A DNA stretch of 64,000 bases from Dicyema japonicum (taxonomy: Eukaryota > Animalia > Dicyemida), in assembly GCA_011109175.1 (NCBI GenBank), contig RDEW01000075.1, forward strand, positions 1 to 64,000, read 5' to 3'. Position numbers and translations under genes: made by a program. This document shows, one piece after another, positions 24,101 through 35,534 of this stretch (position 1 is its first letter; each line of letters begins with the position of its first letter). Under the pieces are notes generated by a model. The model saw only the letters and a list, made by a program, of their open reading frames with translations, ran no database searches and was not told the origin of the DNA.

Positions 24101-27100
24101 TCCAACGATGCATTGAATGTGATGTAAAATGGTTCCCGGTTATTAGCAATCAAAATGAATGTAATTCTAACAATATTTGCATCCTTCATGGAATGTTTCT
24201 GAAATAATAATTTAAGATCACCAAATCCTGGCAAATCTGATTCAATTCCGGCACTTCAGTACAGTTTATAGCTACGACGAGAGTACTACTACTGGATGTC
24301 GATAATTCTTTACATTCAAATTTAGGAAATGAAGAGTTATGTTTGGCAAATTGTATAATCATCTCAAATTCACTTTAAAATGACGACAAAACCAAAAACC
24401 TGGCAAATTCATTCATCGAATTGTATGCTACCATATGGCCACAAATTTTGGAACCTTCTTGCCTTAAACCTTCCCGTTGGTCTCTTAAAATCATATAATG
24501 GCAAACCGTTCAAGTAAGCAAAAAAATGACATTAAATTATGGTCTGAAGGCAAGACTACATGTTTTAACTTGACAATATTAAATGAGATGTATGAACGCC
24601 GAATATAAACCTGAAATTACAGATATGTACTTACCTCCATAGCAGCCCTACAAATCTTGATATCGTGGTGAGTAAAAAATCCGACGAGGACATCAACTAT
24701 CGATGCCTCTGATGTAATCAAACACTCAAGTTGAGTTTTACAACCTTCATTCCCGTACTGATTTATTGCAGACAGGAGAAATGACTCTACTTGGTTTGCT
24801 CTCAGCTGTACTGGAGGCAATGATGCGGCCAGCAAAACCTTAAAGTCAATATGAGTTCAACTTGTCGGGCTCTTAAGGCTACACTTGAGTTGGCTGGACT
24901 AGTAAGTGTCGTCAATTTGCAGAGAGTTTTCTTTATATCCCTAATAATGGCAGCATCATGATCAAAGACACAATTCTATGAATAATATGGAGATATACAA
25001 TCAGCATCAACATCATTTCGTTTTTTTTCTCCACGTAGTGGTGAGAAAATATATTTTCGGATACCAAATCGACCTGATTCTTATGAAAATCCATAAGTTT
25101 CGCGATACAAGTATCATATTGGTCTATCGTGAAATATTTTTTAGATACTATGTTGAAAATGAATTTCATTATCGTAATAACGGTTAATGAATTTAACAAC
25201 TGTTGACTTGAAATGATTTCCAATTCCGTTTTTGTATCTAAGAAAACTCACATTAAGAAAACTCACCTGTCAAGAACCAAGCGTATTCCACTAACAGATT
25301 CCAAAGAGTCAGTGGCATAATTATCTATGATCTCTCTTATCTACAATTTTTGATAAAAGGAAACTTTTTGACCGGGAAAATGAACAACTAGAGAAGTTAC
25401 GTTTTCATTGTAAAGATTCAATTGGTACATTATTGAAGAGAGCAAATCATGGGGGAGACCACAGTCAACTGACATAATCTCAGTCTAAAAATGATCTACA
25501 TTTCTTGCTTTTAATTCTTCCAAAGGCAAATGTGGGTTCAGAGCACAATCCATAAATGTCTTAAGTAAATTTTGCGCCCATGAATGAAAAAAAGGAGAAG
25601 GAACAACGTAGCCATCTAAGAGGGATTCAATAGTAGAGCAAATTTCCACATATTTTTCACACAAATTTTTATCAGCAGTGCGACCAGTTATTCCCATGAA
25701 ACCATTTTCCCAGTCAGTCACAGTACAATTAAATTTATCATCTTTCGGAGTGAAATTTGCAAGTAAAGTTCCAGCCAAAACAGGAATATTAGGAACGCAT
25801 GCATGAGTAATCCTTAAAATTAAAAATCAATGTAACCATCCTTCATGTGTTGTAAAAAGTTGAATTACCATCTTAAGAGATTCTATTTGAGCATACGGTT
25901 GATTTGCACCTACAAAAGATCCATCAGGGACTAAAAAGGACAATAATCTTCCAGAAGAAGGAGATCTATAGATTGAAAGTTAAAAATACCTGAGGGAACT
26001 CGTATCACTGTGTGGCAAAAACTGAAATGTTCTTCCATCAACAGTGACTCTGTAGCAATCATTGATGTGCTCTAAATAGGCAATATGAGTAGATTCAGAA
26101 AGAATAATCATAAGAGCTGAATCAGGCAATCTGTGAACATTTAATGTAACAATATCTCCATTCAAAACGACAGCAAAACGGCAATCTCCTATTCGGGACA
26201 CCTAAATAAAGTAACAAATCAAACTTGAAAAGTAAATTTATTAGTCTTCGATATCAAAGTTATCGTGAATGTATTTTTTAGATGATGTGAAGGTAAAAAT
26301 TGGCCTCTAAAATTAAATTTCAAGAACATACCGTTGTAGAGATTCTATGTATTTGTCCAAATTTAGGGATCTATCTGCTAGTAATACAGAAGCACAAAGA
26401 GCTGGCAAAAGAAAAGATATAGTCTGGGAATTTTTATATGACTCAAAAAATGTCGTATTGTATGTATTTAAACAGAATTTAGAGCAAGAGAGAACGTTGA
26501 TTAGCGATTCGTTGAAAGTATTGAATTCAGAAAGAACTAACATATGTTTAAGCGTTGATATCAATCGTCTTTAAAATCATTTAGAAAATTTACTTTCTAG
26601 CGGTTTCCCGATGGTTTCCACAAGCAAAAATATGGGCAATTTGGGAATCTGCAGATGGAATGAGAGTAGATGGAGACGCAAGTCCAGAGTAGCCCCAAAC
26701 GTCGTGCCAGCTGTAAAACATAAATTTATGAAGTTTTCCAGTGGATGAAGGCAAATTAAAATCTCCAGCGCGAATTCGGGCACTAATAACGTGTTTTTTT
26801 GGGGGCACTCGTGTGGAAAAGTCGGTAATATCTGAACAGAATTGATTTATATGTGAAATTGAAGCTAACGAAAGGCCCATAGCAATCTAAATTTTGTTAA
26901 AAATTGAACCTGCAACTGGAGGGCTGGGATATTAACTCCAGTAATTGCTTCAGTGCAAGGATGTTCAACTTGAAGGCGGGGGTTTACTTCTAGAAAGTAG
27001 TAATTCTTGTTTATTTGGTTGTAAAGAAATTCAACGGTTCCCAATCCGACATATGATGAAGCTTTCCAAAGTTTAACACTAGATTCTTCCATTTTCCGTA

Positions 27101-27981
27101 GAATTTCAGCAGGTATCTCAGCTGGTGCTTCTTCGATAACTTTTTGGTGACGAAACTGAAGCGAACAGTCACGTGAATACAACGAAAGGGCATTCCCATG
27201 ACAATCTCCGACCATTTGTATTTCAATATGCTTCGCGTTCTCAGCAAACCGCATCAACATAATGGGGGAGCCCGGACATTCTATAGAAACCTGATATAAA
27301 GCGTCAGAAATTCCACTTTCTGCTCTCACAACACGGATTCCTTTTCCTCCTCCCCCAGCGGTAGCTTTTACAACCAACGGGAAGCCCACTTTTAAATATT
27401 CAGTTTCGTTGTCACTCCAGGGCAATATTGGGATATCGTTAAGAAATGCTAAGTTCGTAGCGTTTTTTTTATCCCCCAAAAGCTCAATTGAATTTGACGA
27501 AGGTCCTATTTTTATACAGCTTAGCAAAACCTATAAAATAAATTCCTTTCATTGAAAGTTTACGAGGAAGATCGGGATTTTCTGATACCTTTCCCCATCC
27601 TACAAAGACAGCCTAGATAATAAATTTTACATACGTCGATATTTTTGGTAACAGCATATTTCACAACTACATCGACACTGATAATTCTTACAATAACACA
27701 ATCATCAGCAAAACGAATGCTTTCTTAAATAAGAAATATTAGAAACCGTTATTGCATAAAATATCTTCTTTGGTGGTTAAGAGAATTAATTTTATAGCCC
27801 TTTCGTCGTTGAATTCTTCAAAACACCATTCTCGAATAGAACGGATTCCTTTCATGGCTGAGAGGCCATTAGTTGCAATTAAAACTCTTCTTATTGGATT
27901 TGCATTGTGCTTTTTAATGAAATTTTCAAAAGAAGAAATCTGATTAATTTCTATTTCAACGTGGTTCTGATGATTAATCAT
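21144..27981 (-). CDS. ACACA: Multidomain acetyl-CoA carboxylase (BC-BCCP-central-CT), about 32 tiny introns
   Basis: [39 protein letters not shown], biotinyl [61 protein letters not shown]; one G-run frameshift in ELRGGSW. Confidence 0.95.
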
Positions 27982-28064
27982 CAAAAATCATTTTTAAATT
28001 ATTAATTTTAATAGTCATAACAAAAAAATATTTTTATAAATTATAAAGATAATTCAGTCAAAGC

Positions 28065-28722
28065 ATAGAAGCTTGGCATCTAAATCCCAGTTCACCATTT
28101 TCACTACTGATAGAAGATTTAGGATGGACTCGAACTGTTTTTTGGAGATACTTCTATCCCTTCTACGCGGACCCAGAAGATCCTTGGGGTAGTTTTCGAC
28201 TCTCTGATGACGTTCTCGAGTCACGTGGAGGAGGTGCTTGCCAAGGGTCTTCGAAAATGGAACATTTTAAAAGATACATAAAGAAGATCTCCTTCCCCCT
28301 GCTGTTTACTTCAACAAGGTCTACCAACAAGGCATTGTTCCTACTATTGAATATGCCTGCTCCGCCTGGAGATTTGCCATTCCCTGTTCGAGAATTGATC
28401 GTTTGAACTCTCTCAGGCGGAAAATTATGCACTACACTGACATCTCCATTGGCGGCCTCGTTTCTGATGAGGCGACGTTGAAGAATGGCCAAGGTTTCCT
28501 ATGTTTCTGCAAGGAACAGGGAAACCCACTCAAGGAAAAGGTGGCCCATGCAGAGGAATTTCAGTCGGTAATAAAAAAGTGCACGTCGAAACCGATTCCG
28601 GAATGTGGTTAAGTCATCAGAATACCAGATGAAGAGAGTTCGGATGTTGTCGGAGGCTGGGATCACCTAATTAGTTAGTTTTGGCCTATCTTTCTTGGTG
28701 GTCTTGGGGTTAAATAAATAAA
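28065..28722 (+). mobile_element. Internally deleted LINE derivative, copy 1
   Basis: KSQFTIF...KILGVVFDS.MTFSSHV...IEYACSAW, then a jump to C-terminal FLCFCK and the family D tail; inverted twin at 45052-45890. Confidence 0.8.
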
Positions 28723-28785
28723 TGAAAATAAAATAGAAGCTGGAATGTGTTTACCGTGGTATCATGTGGCTAACCTGAAATGGTA

Positions 28786-29952
28786 CAGTGCAACCTCCAT
28801 TTCGGGCGGACCTCATCATTGGGGCACATCTATTTTTGGGGCACCCCCAGGTTTTGGGGCAGTTTGAAAATTAGATCATTTGTATACAGTAATTTCCAAA
28901 TTTGGAAATTACATGAACCTCTTAGTGGGGCACTTAATTTTTTTTAATTTATATAAAGTCTTGCAATTAATATTAAATTTAATTATATAAAAGGTTATCT
29001 GATAATTCTATTGTTTAGGAGCAGTATCTAGAATTAAACAAAATTATATGAACTTTATAAATAATGGGTCCGTACAATCAAATTGTCTTAGTCAAATTTC
29101 ACAGAGAAGAGACAGTCTGTCACAGAAATTCGATAAAATTGTTTATGAATGCTTTTTTAAAGCAAGGGAAGAATTTATTCCCGTTTCAGGACCTATTCTT
29201 AAAAACATTGCTATAAAAGTAGCTAGGAATTTGAACTATACTTCATTCAGAGGTTCGAATGGTTGGCTTGAAAAATTTAAGAAAAGACACAATTTGTCAT
29301 TAAAGACAATAAGTGGTGAAAAAAATTCGTGTGATATTTCTTGCCTTGGAATTTTTTTTGATAAGTACGATGACTATGTTAATAACTATGGCATTGAAAA
29401 TATTTTCAACTGCGATGAAACGGGATTGTACATTAAAAGAATAACATCAAAATCGGAGAGTTTAGATAATATAATTAAAGATATAATTAATAATGAATTG
29501 GAGAGTTTAGATAACATAATTAAAGATATAATTACTGAAAATGAAGTAGAAAATGATGACGAGAATATATACGACGGAGTAAAATGTACCTATTCTTATT
29601 TGGAAACAATAACAGCGATGAATACACTTGAAGAGAACATTTTCAATTTGTTTCCTGAAGCTTCGAAAGATTATTATAATTTCAGAAAAATATTAGGAAT
29701 ACAAATGAAAAAATCCGCAACCGGAGGGAAATTAACAGACTATTTTCCTATCGTTAAATAAATTTGTTTTTAATATAATTCTGAAAAATCTATAATAAAA
29801 AAAAACATTATTTATCTATAAATTTAATAAAAAGCAAATTTAAATTGTTAAATGTGGATAAATCTAAAGAAAATGCCGAACCTCCATTTTTGGGGAAACC
29901 TCTGTTTTTTGGGCATTTTTTTAAATAGGTGCCCCAAATAGAGGTCATACTG
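28786..29952 (+). mobile_element. pogo/Tigger DNA transposon, internally deleted, with TIRs and TA target duplication
   Basis: TA|CAGTGCAACCTCCATTT... and ...AAATAGAGGTCATACTG|TA; subterminal TTGGGGCAC repeats. Confidence 0.85.
29048..29761 (+). CDS. Truncated pogo transposase: CENP-B-type HTH, start of DDE and acidic C-terminus
   Basis: PVSGPILKNIA...FRGSNGWLEKFKKRH...ISGE...IFNCDETGL, then an in-frame jump to the C-terminus ending KLTDYF. Confidence 0.75.
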   Translation: MNFINNGSVQSNCLSQISQRRDSLSQKFDKIVYECFFKAREEFIPVSGPILKNIAIKVARNLNYTSFRGSNGWLEKFKKRHNLSLKTISGEKNSCDISCLGIFFDKYDDYVNNYGIENIFNCDETGLYIKRITSKSESLDNIIKDIINNELESLDNIIKDIITENEVENDDENIYDGVKCTYSYLETITAMNTLEENIFNLFPEASKDYYNFRKILGIQMKKSATGGKLTDYFPIVK

Positions 29953-29954
29953 TA

Positions 29955-30290
29955 TCACCAATTCCAGGAAGGAACAAAAAGAGCCATCAACTTCTCCCCA
30001 CCGTTTGCTGGTTCCCTTAACCTATGTGTCTCCGACTCCGTCTGGGACGAAGATTCCTTGTCATCATCCTACGCGGATGATTTAATCATCGCAGCACTCA
30101 ACCATTCGACATAAGTTACAACCTCTAATGCCTACGTGGAAGTGAATATTGTCTACGATTGGTTGATGGTCGCCAACCGTCTTACGATTTCGGCCACAAA
30201 ATCAATTTTTACTTTATTCACTTCAGACCGTCGTTCTAAAGAAGTCTTTAAGGCAGATATATAACCCGCTCATTGATCGGAACCTCATCC
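29955..30290 (+). mobile_element. LINE RT fragment
   Basis: SYADDLIIAA...DWL..NRLTISATKS.FTLFTSDRR; related to 45564-45827. Confidence 0.65.
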
Positions 30291-30479
30291 CAACCATTTG
30301 GAATTTATCCGATATGTGGCCGACCCTAAAGCCTGAGCGGTCTTGATTTCCCCTCTTCTTACAGACAAATATCCTTCTCTATTCATCTGCGAAATTGTTA
30401 AATAAATTAATTCTCGACATACTTCGCCCATATCTCCCCATGCCCCCCCCCTTTCAACACGGATTCGAGAATGGTCTCT

Positions 30480-31470
30480 CAACGACAACACACTTCACTA
30501 CACTAATAGAATACATTTCGGAGATTCTACAATGCAAACTAAATTATAAATTTTGAATTTTAAACAAATAATGAATCTGATTGACTAAACTTCTCTACAA
30601 TTGCCACTTGAATGCAATTATTCTCGTGAAGAAGACAATCGTCATTAATTCTATTTTATCACTGCAAATTGGACTGGCTTACAAATTTTGTTGATTCAAA
30701 ACTGCAAAACTTCCACCCTGAAAATTTCTCCTCCATAGACAGAGCTGTATACTATTTCAACAAAGCAATCATTGACGGGAGAAAAATTTTTTGTCAGAAA
30801 TGCATATATAAAATACGACTTATAAACAAAAAAAATAATTATGGAAAAATCACCTTTAAGAGAATGAAACATCGACCACGAGAGGTCATTAATCGAATCA
30901 GAGCACTAAACGTTCTGATCACGAAAAACACGAACAACATCCGAAAGAAGAAACTCATGCGAATCTCTGTTGCCATGAATAATTAGACCTCAATTTCCAA
31001 CATGTGAAAGATGTTGAGGCATCTGAAGAACCCAGAAAACGAAGATAACAAAGAACAATAACAGCTCAATCTGAATAAATTTATGAAACATTGTATCCGA
31101 ATCAGTCACATTCCTAATAAAAAGATTAACAAACAATCGAAAATAAAGATAAAGCCATCCAAAATAGCCCCGCTAAATTATTTTCTTTCTAACCTAATAA
31201 AAATTCAAGAGATCCAGTCAAAAGCAATCAATTAACTGGAAAAATATACAGATATAGAAATTGTCCCCAGAACACTTGAGTCTATCATAGAGGCAACTGA
31301 AGGCAATTTCAGAAGAGGAGGGATAAAAGACCCTCGTCCGTATAGAAAATTTGTGTGGTCACGGTCGGAGCATCGAGAAAAGATGGCCCGATTTTTTAAA
31401 TATGCCGGGATCACCTGAATATTAATTAGTGGTTAAGACGGTGATTTTTTGGGTTAAATAATAATAATAA
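30480..31470 (+). mobile_element. Decayed LINE remnant ending in a family D tail
   Basis: APE-RT linker-like DW.NF...SIDRAV.YFNKAI; terminal FKYAGIT* followed by (TAA)n. Confidence 0.5.
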
Positions 31471-31489
31471 TCACTGCATTATTTATTTA

Positions 31490-31690
31490 CCCCATTTCCA
31501 TTCAATTAAAAAAACGGTGGCTAACAAGAAAGTAACTACTACAGGGGAAGTTCTAAAAAAGTTTTTTATGTGAGTCACCTGCTTGTGTAGAAAACTGCAT
31601 ACATTTATGTCGAACATACCTAACCTTTGTCCCTTACCAAACAACTACCAAATAGTTTACTTGTAGTTGCTAAGGGTTATGACTGCATTC
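31490..31690 (-). repeat. Dispersed repeat family E
   Basis: Matches 20140-20270 and, in its left part, 47670-47745 (GGCTAACAA.AAAGTAACTAC). Confidence 0.55.
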
Positions 31691-32050
31691 TCAAAACTTG
31701 AGGAGTCTACTGAGCCAGATTCCAGACACTCAGAAAGCAATAACAGTTAAACTGATAAACATTTGCAATGCTTTCAACAATATTCACAGAGATGGAATCA
31801 CAAAGGTGAGTGTTTCCAGGATTCCGGTAATCAGCAGGATCGTAAACTTCTCATATGGTTTGCCGTGAGAGCTGATTTTCAGGCAACATACCTCGAATCT
31901 ACGACCTGAGTCCAACAGGGTAACCACATACTCTTCCCCTTAGGCATCGATTCTAATGTCTCAACAATCAGAGCTCCAATGAATATATAGTGATGTGACT
32001 ATTGGAGAGAACTGGGAAACTGTGATGACAGAGGTCACCATTATCTCGAC
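31690..32050 (+). mobile_element. CRE-like RT fragment, highly decayed
   Basis: KLINICNAFNNIHRD, VQQG...LFPLGI remnants. Confidence 0.5.
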
Positions 32051-32229
32051 TCTCGCTTGCACTGAGGATGATTTCGACTTATTTCCAAAATGTTTCAGTT
32101 ATCGAAATTGAAAACACGATTTTCCTCGAATTAATGGGACAATTCTCTTCCCATATGTTAGTGGTATACACTCGCCTGCGACGCCACCTGTGTGATGCCC
32201 TCTGTTCTTAATCTGAATGCTGTTCTTAG

Positions 32230-33140
32230 TCTAGTAACTGCTTATCTTAGTCTGAATGTTTAGAATTTGTTCGTCGACGTCCTTCATGGACATATTCTCT
32301 CGGTGGACTACAGCCACGGTAAGATACCGCCCAATGGCGTGGAACACATGTAGTCATCATGTTCTTGAAGTCAAACATCTTATAAGTTATCTCTGCCACT
32401 GTCACCGAACGGTAATGCTGAGAACAATTGAAGATCAAAGGGGCGAATCCAGATACAAAAAAATGAAATCGAGGCAACGGAACCTTGTTCGCGGCCAATT
32501 TACGTAAATCGGCTTCAGTTGACCTGGAAATCTCAAGCATTCAGTAACTCCGGTCATTGTGGATGACACAAGATGATTCAGGTCGCCATATGTGGGAGTA
32601 ATAAGTCTTAGAGTTCTGAAGCAGGTGTCGTAGAACGCCTCATTGTCAATACAATACTTTTGGTTGGTATATTCAACCAGTTGGTGAACGGAAAGGGTGG
32701 TTTTATACGGTTCGACCACTGTGTCGCTCAATTTAGATGACGGTATCACAGAAACGTGCTCATTATATGGTCGGGGAGCTCTTCTCGATTATCAGTGAAC
32801 CCATTCCAGACCCTGTTCCACCTGCAAGCGAATGTGTGAGCTGAAAGCCTTGCGTGGAGTCACAAGATTTAGCCTCCTTGTGTACTACGTCAAGAACTTA
32901 GTCCACAAGTTCCGTTCCTTCCGTGTAGTGTCCCTTAACCCAGTTGTTTCCGGCTCCTGATTTTACAAAGACAAAATTATCGAGAAGGAAAATTTGCCCG
33001 AAGGATCCACTACGGAGTGCATCCATTGTGCCAGGTTCTAGATCCACTAGGATCGCACGTGAGACATATTTGCCTCCTGAAGCTGTTTTAGAACACATTT
33101 ATCCGCTCTAGCTGTAGATATGAATCACCAAAGTAAGATC
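32230..33140 (-). pseudogene. TUBB: Processed beta-tubulin pseudogene (about residues 35-340)
   Basis: [68 protein letters not shown]; in-frame stops, frameshifts, many missense changes, no introns. Confidence 0.9.
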
Positions 33141-33184
33141 TGAAGGGTACTCAGCGTTTCATCTATCGATAGCAATCGAGATAA

Positions 33185-33545
33185 ACGGAGATGGCCTTCT
33201 CAATGAACGCAGTGTCTGATGACATCAGATGTGATAGTCGTGGGTTCGAATCCGAAAGATGGAGTTTTCGGAGAAGGTCAATTCTCGTCAAACAGATCCC
33301 ACTCATGAAGCAACGAGTCTTTCTGACACGATAAAGTAGTTGAAAGGGATCTTCCTACCTTCCCTCTGACCAAATCCACTGGTGAAGATTACAATTAAGA
33401 AAACACTTCCGCCGAAGAATGAAATGATGTCCGCGACGGTAGGACTTGTGATTAAAATGGAAAAGAGAGGGCCACTTCTCCACCTTTCTTAGAAAACAGA
33501 AGCCGATAATTGACTATTGGAAGATGGATTTGGTCATCACAAGTA
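33185..33545 (+). mobile_element. tRNA-derived SINE family C
   Basis: TGGCC...GTCTGA.....TCAGA...GTGGGTTCGAATCC head (tRNA-Arg-like); body repeated three times at 47960-48835. Confidence 0.8.
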
Positions 33546-34199
33546 TACGTTCACCCATGGGTACCTTCCTTGGATTAATTCGATGTGACTGTTTGTGTTG
33601 GACTTAAAATTGTAAGTCCCTATATCTTCTTCGTCTTGGTGGACTTTTGAGATGTGGGAGAAATTTTCTTTAGCATCTGCATGCTGTCCATGATCGTAGA
33701 AACAATTTGTGTGAAACCCTGACAGTAGTACGATTCTACAGAAGGCGCGTAGGATCTCGTGAGGAAACTGGTAGATGAAGTAATGCGTTGGAAAGGAAAG
33801 ACTTGAACGTTACTTCACAACTTTTATGTAAGAATTTCACTAGGTTGTATCTAATAGGGATTCTGGCATCATAATCAAGATTTGCATTTGGACTAAAGCC
33901 GCCAATGAATGATTTAAAAAATTCATGAATTCGGCCCTTAAGATTATCTATAGTACTACAATGAGACTGAGTTTAAGAATAATCATAAAACTGTTCACTA
34001 CTAGTTGCTTTAGAAAACACGATGAGGTTTCATGTACCGCACGTGATACAAATAGATTGCACTCATTTGAATTTTTATGATAGCAACAATTTATGACTCA
34101 ATTTTTATCAGTAAACGTTCTACATCAATCAAAAATAATTAAATTAATCTAGGTTGCTTGAAACGTCAGATTGTTTCCTCTGACAATAGATACCGAGAT

Positions 34200-35045
34200 A
34201 CGCCCCTGAAGTCATCCAGTCTCACTTAGATCTTTGGTGACCCTTTTTGAGTTAAGAGGTCTGACATTTGGTGCAAGTGATGAGAAGAATTAGCATACAT
34301 AAACAATAGCAAAACCGATTTGATGCGTATTTCCTAATCTCGGTTATTGCACGTGTTATATCATGTATCCAATCTTTTCTGTGCCAATACCATCTATGTG
34401 ATCCAACCGTAATCAGATCAACATAGACAAACATGCTTATCCTCAACATCTAAAAGTACGTGGCTCAGGACTCTTCCCTGTGAATCTCTCGGAACACTTG
34501 AATATCGACTCAGTGAAAATAGGAATCTGTTCCTTCAATGTTTTCATGAGCCACCTTTCCAAATGCGGGAAGATGGTTGACGTTAAAAAAATTTTGCCCA
34601 CTCTTCTGCTGATTAAGCACTTGGAGGAACACGAGGCACAGGGAGATGAATTAAGTAATTGCAGAAGGGATTGAAGTTGCTAAATATCCTGTACAGTAAG
34701 AGCCCCCGAAGTAGACATTACAAACAAAAGAACTGACAGGCAGGAAATACCTGGCTTGGAACGCCACCTGAGTCGATGGTTTTTCAGTTTTTAACCTCAA
34801 ACTAACAAATATCCACTCAGCAAGAGCCAAAATTCTAAAAGAAAAAATACGTGACCTTAAATAACAATTCTTCTTCAACCCCATAGTATCCGAAACCTTT
34901 AAGGTTATAAAGCCCAAATTACTTACCTTCCTACTTACCACCGTCTCTTCGATAGCAAAAAGAAGGGAAAAGAGATGATTGATTGAGCGCATTTCTATAC
35001 AAATCGTTAAAAGGAATGCACTTTCAATCATGAAAGTTTGACTAT
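34200..35045 (+). mobile_element. CRE-clade C-terminal fragment, decayed
   Basis: KCGKMVD...H, EP..D.TNKRTD, KK.RDL...FNPIVSETF, IERISIQIVKRNALSI. Confidence 0.6.
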
Positions 35046-35534
35046 AAAGAAATATGTTGGAAAAAATATATCAAATTCTCAACCTAATCATTGCTCCTCA
35101 CTAAAGTGTAAAAACTGTTCTTAGTGAATTCCTCAATGATGATAGAAAATACAATCCTATTTTTCTGAAAACCCTTTTTATTACCCCTTCTGACAAGGAG
35201 TAGTAACATTCCAATTACGTAAACCTTCACTTAGGCAAACACACATTTTATTAAGAAGGAAAGAACAGCCAGGTTAATTACTGGAAGAATGAAGTCAAGA
35301 CATGATATTGTTCTTAACTTTTTTTTATAGTCGCTTATGAGTCAGAAGACAATCCGATTCATCAGTGATGAATCACTAATGTCGGAGTCACTGTCAATCC
35401 AGGAAACTGAGACTAATCACAACAAATATTCACCAAAAACACATTGAATAAACTAACAAAAGTTAATAAATTAATAAACTAATAAGGAATTATCTAAATA
35501 AAATTAATAATAACTAAATTGTATCAGAATCCCC

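Noticed and set aside
8786-27981. Alternative genetic code or stop readthrough to explain fragmented ORFs
   Set aside because: In-frame stops fall inside tiny introns; TAA, TAG and TGA each end real genes
33215-33260. Hammerhead ribozyme (CTGATGA...GAAA)
   Set aside because: CTGATGA belongs to the tRNA-like anticodon arm; no stem II closing onto GAAA and no stem I/III with a UH site
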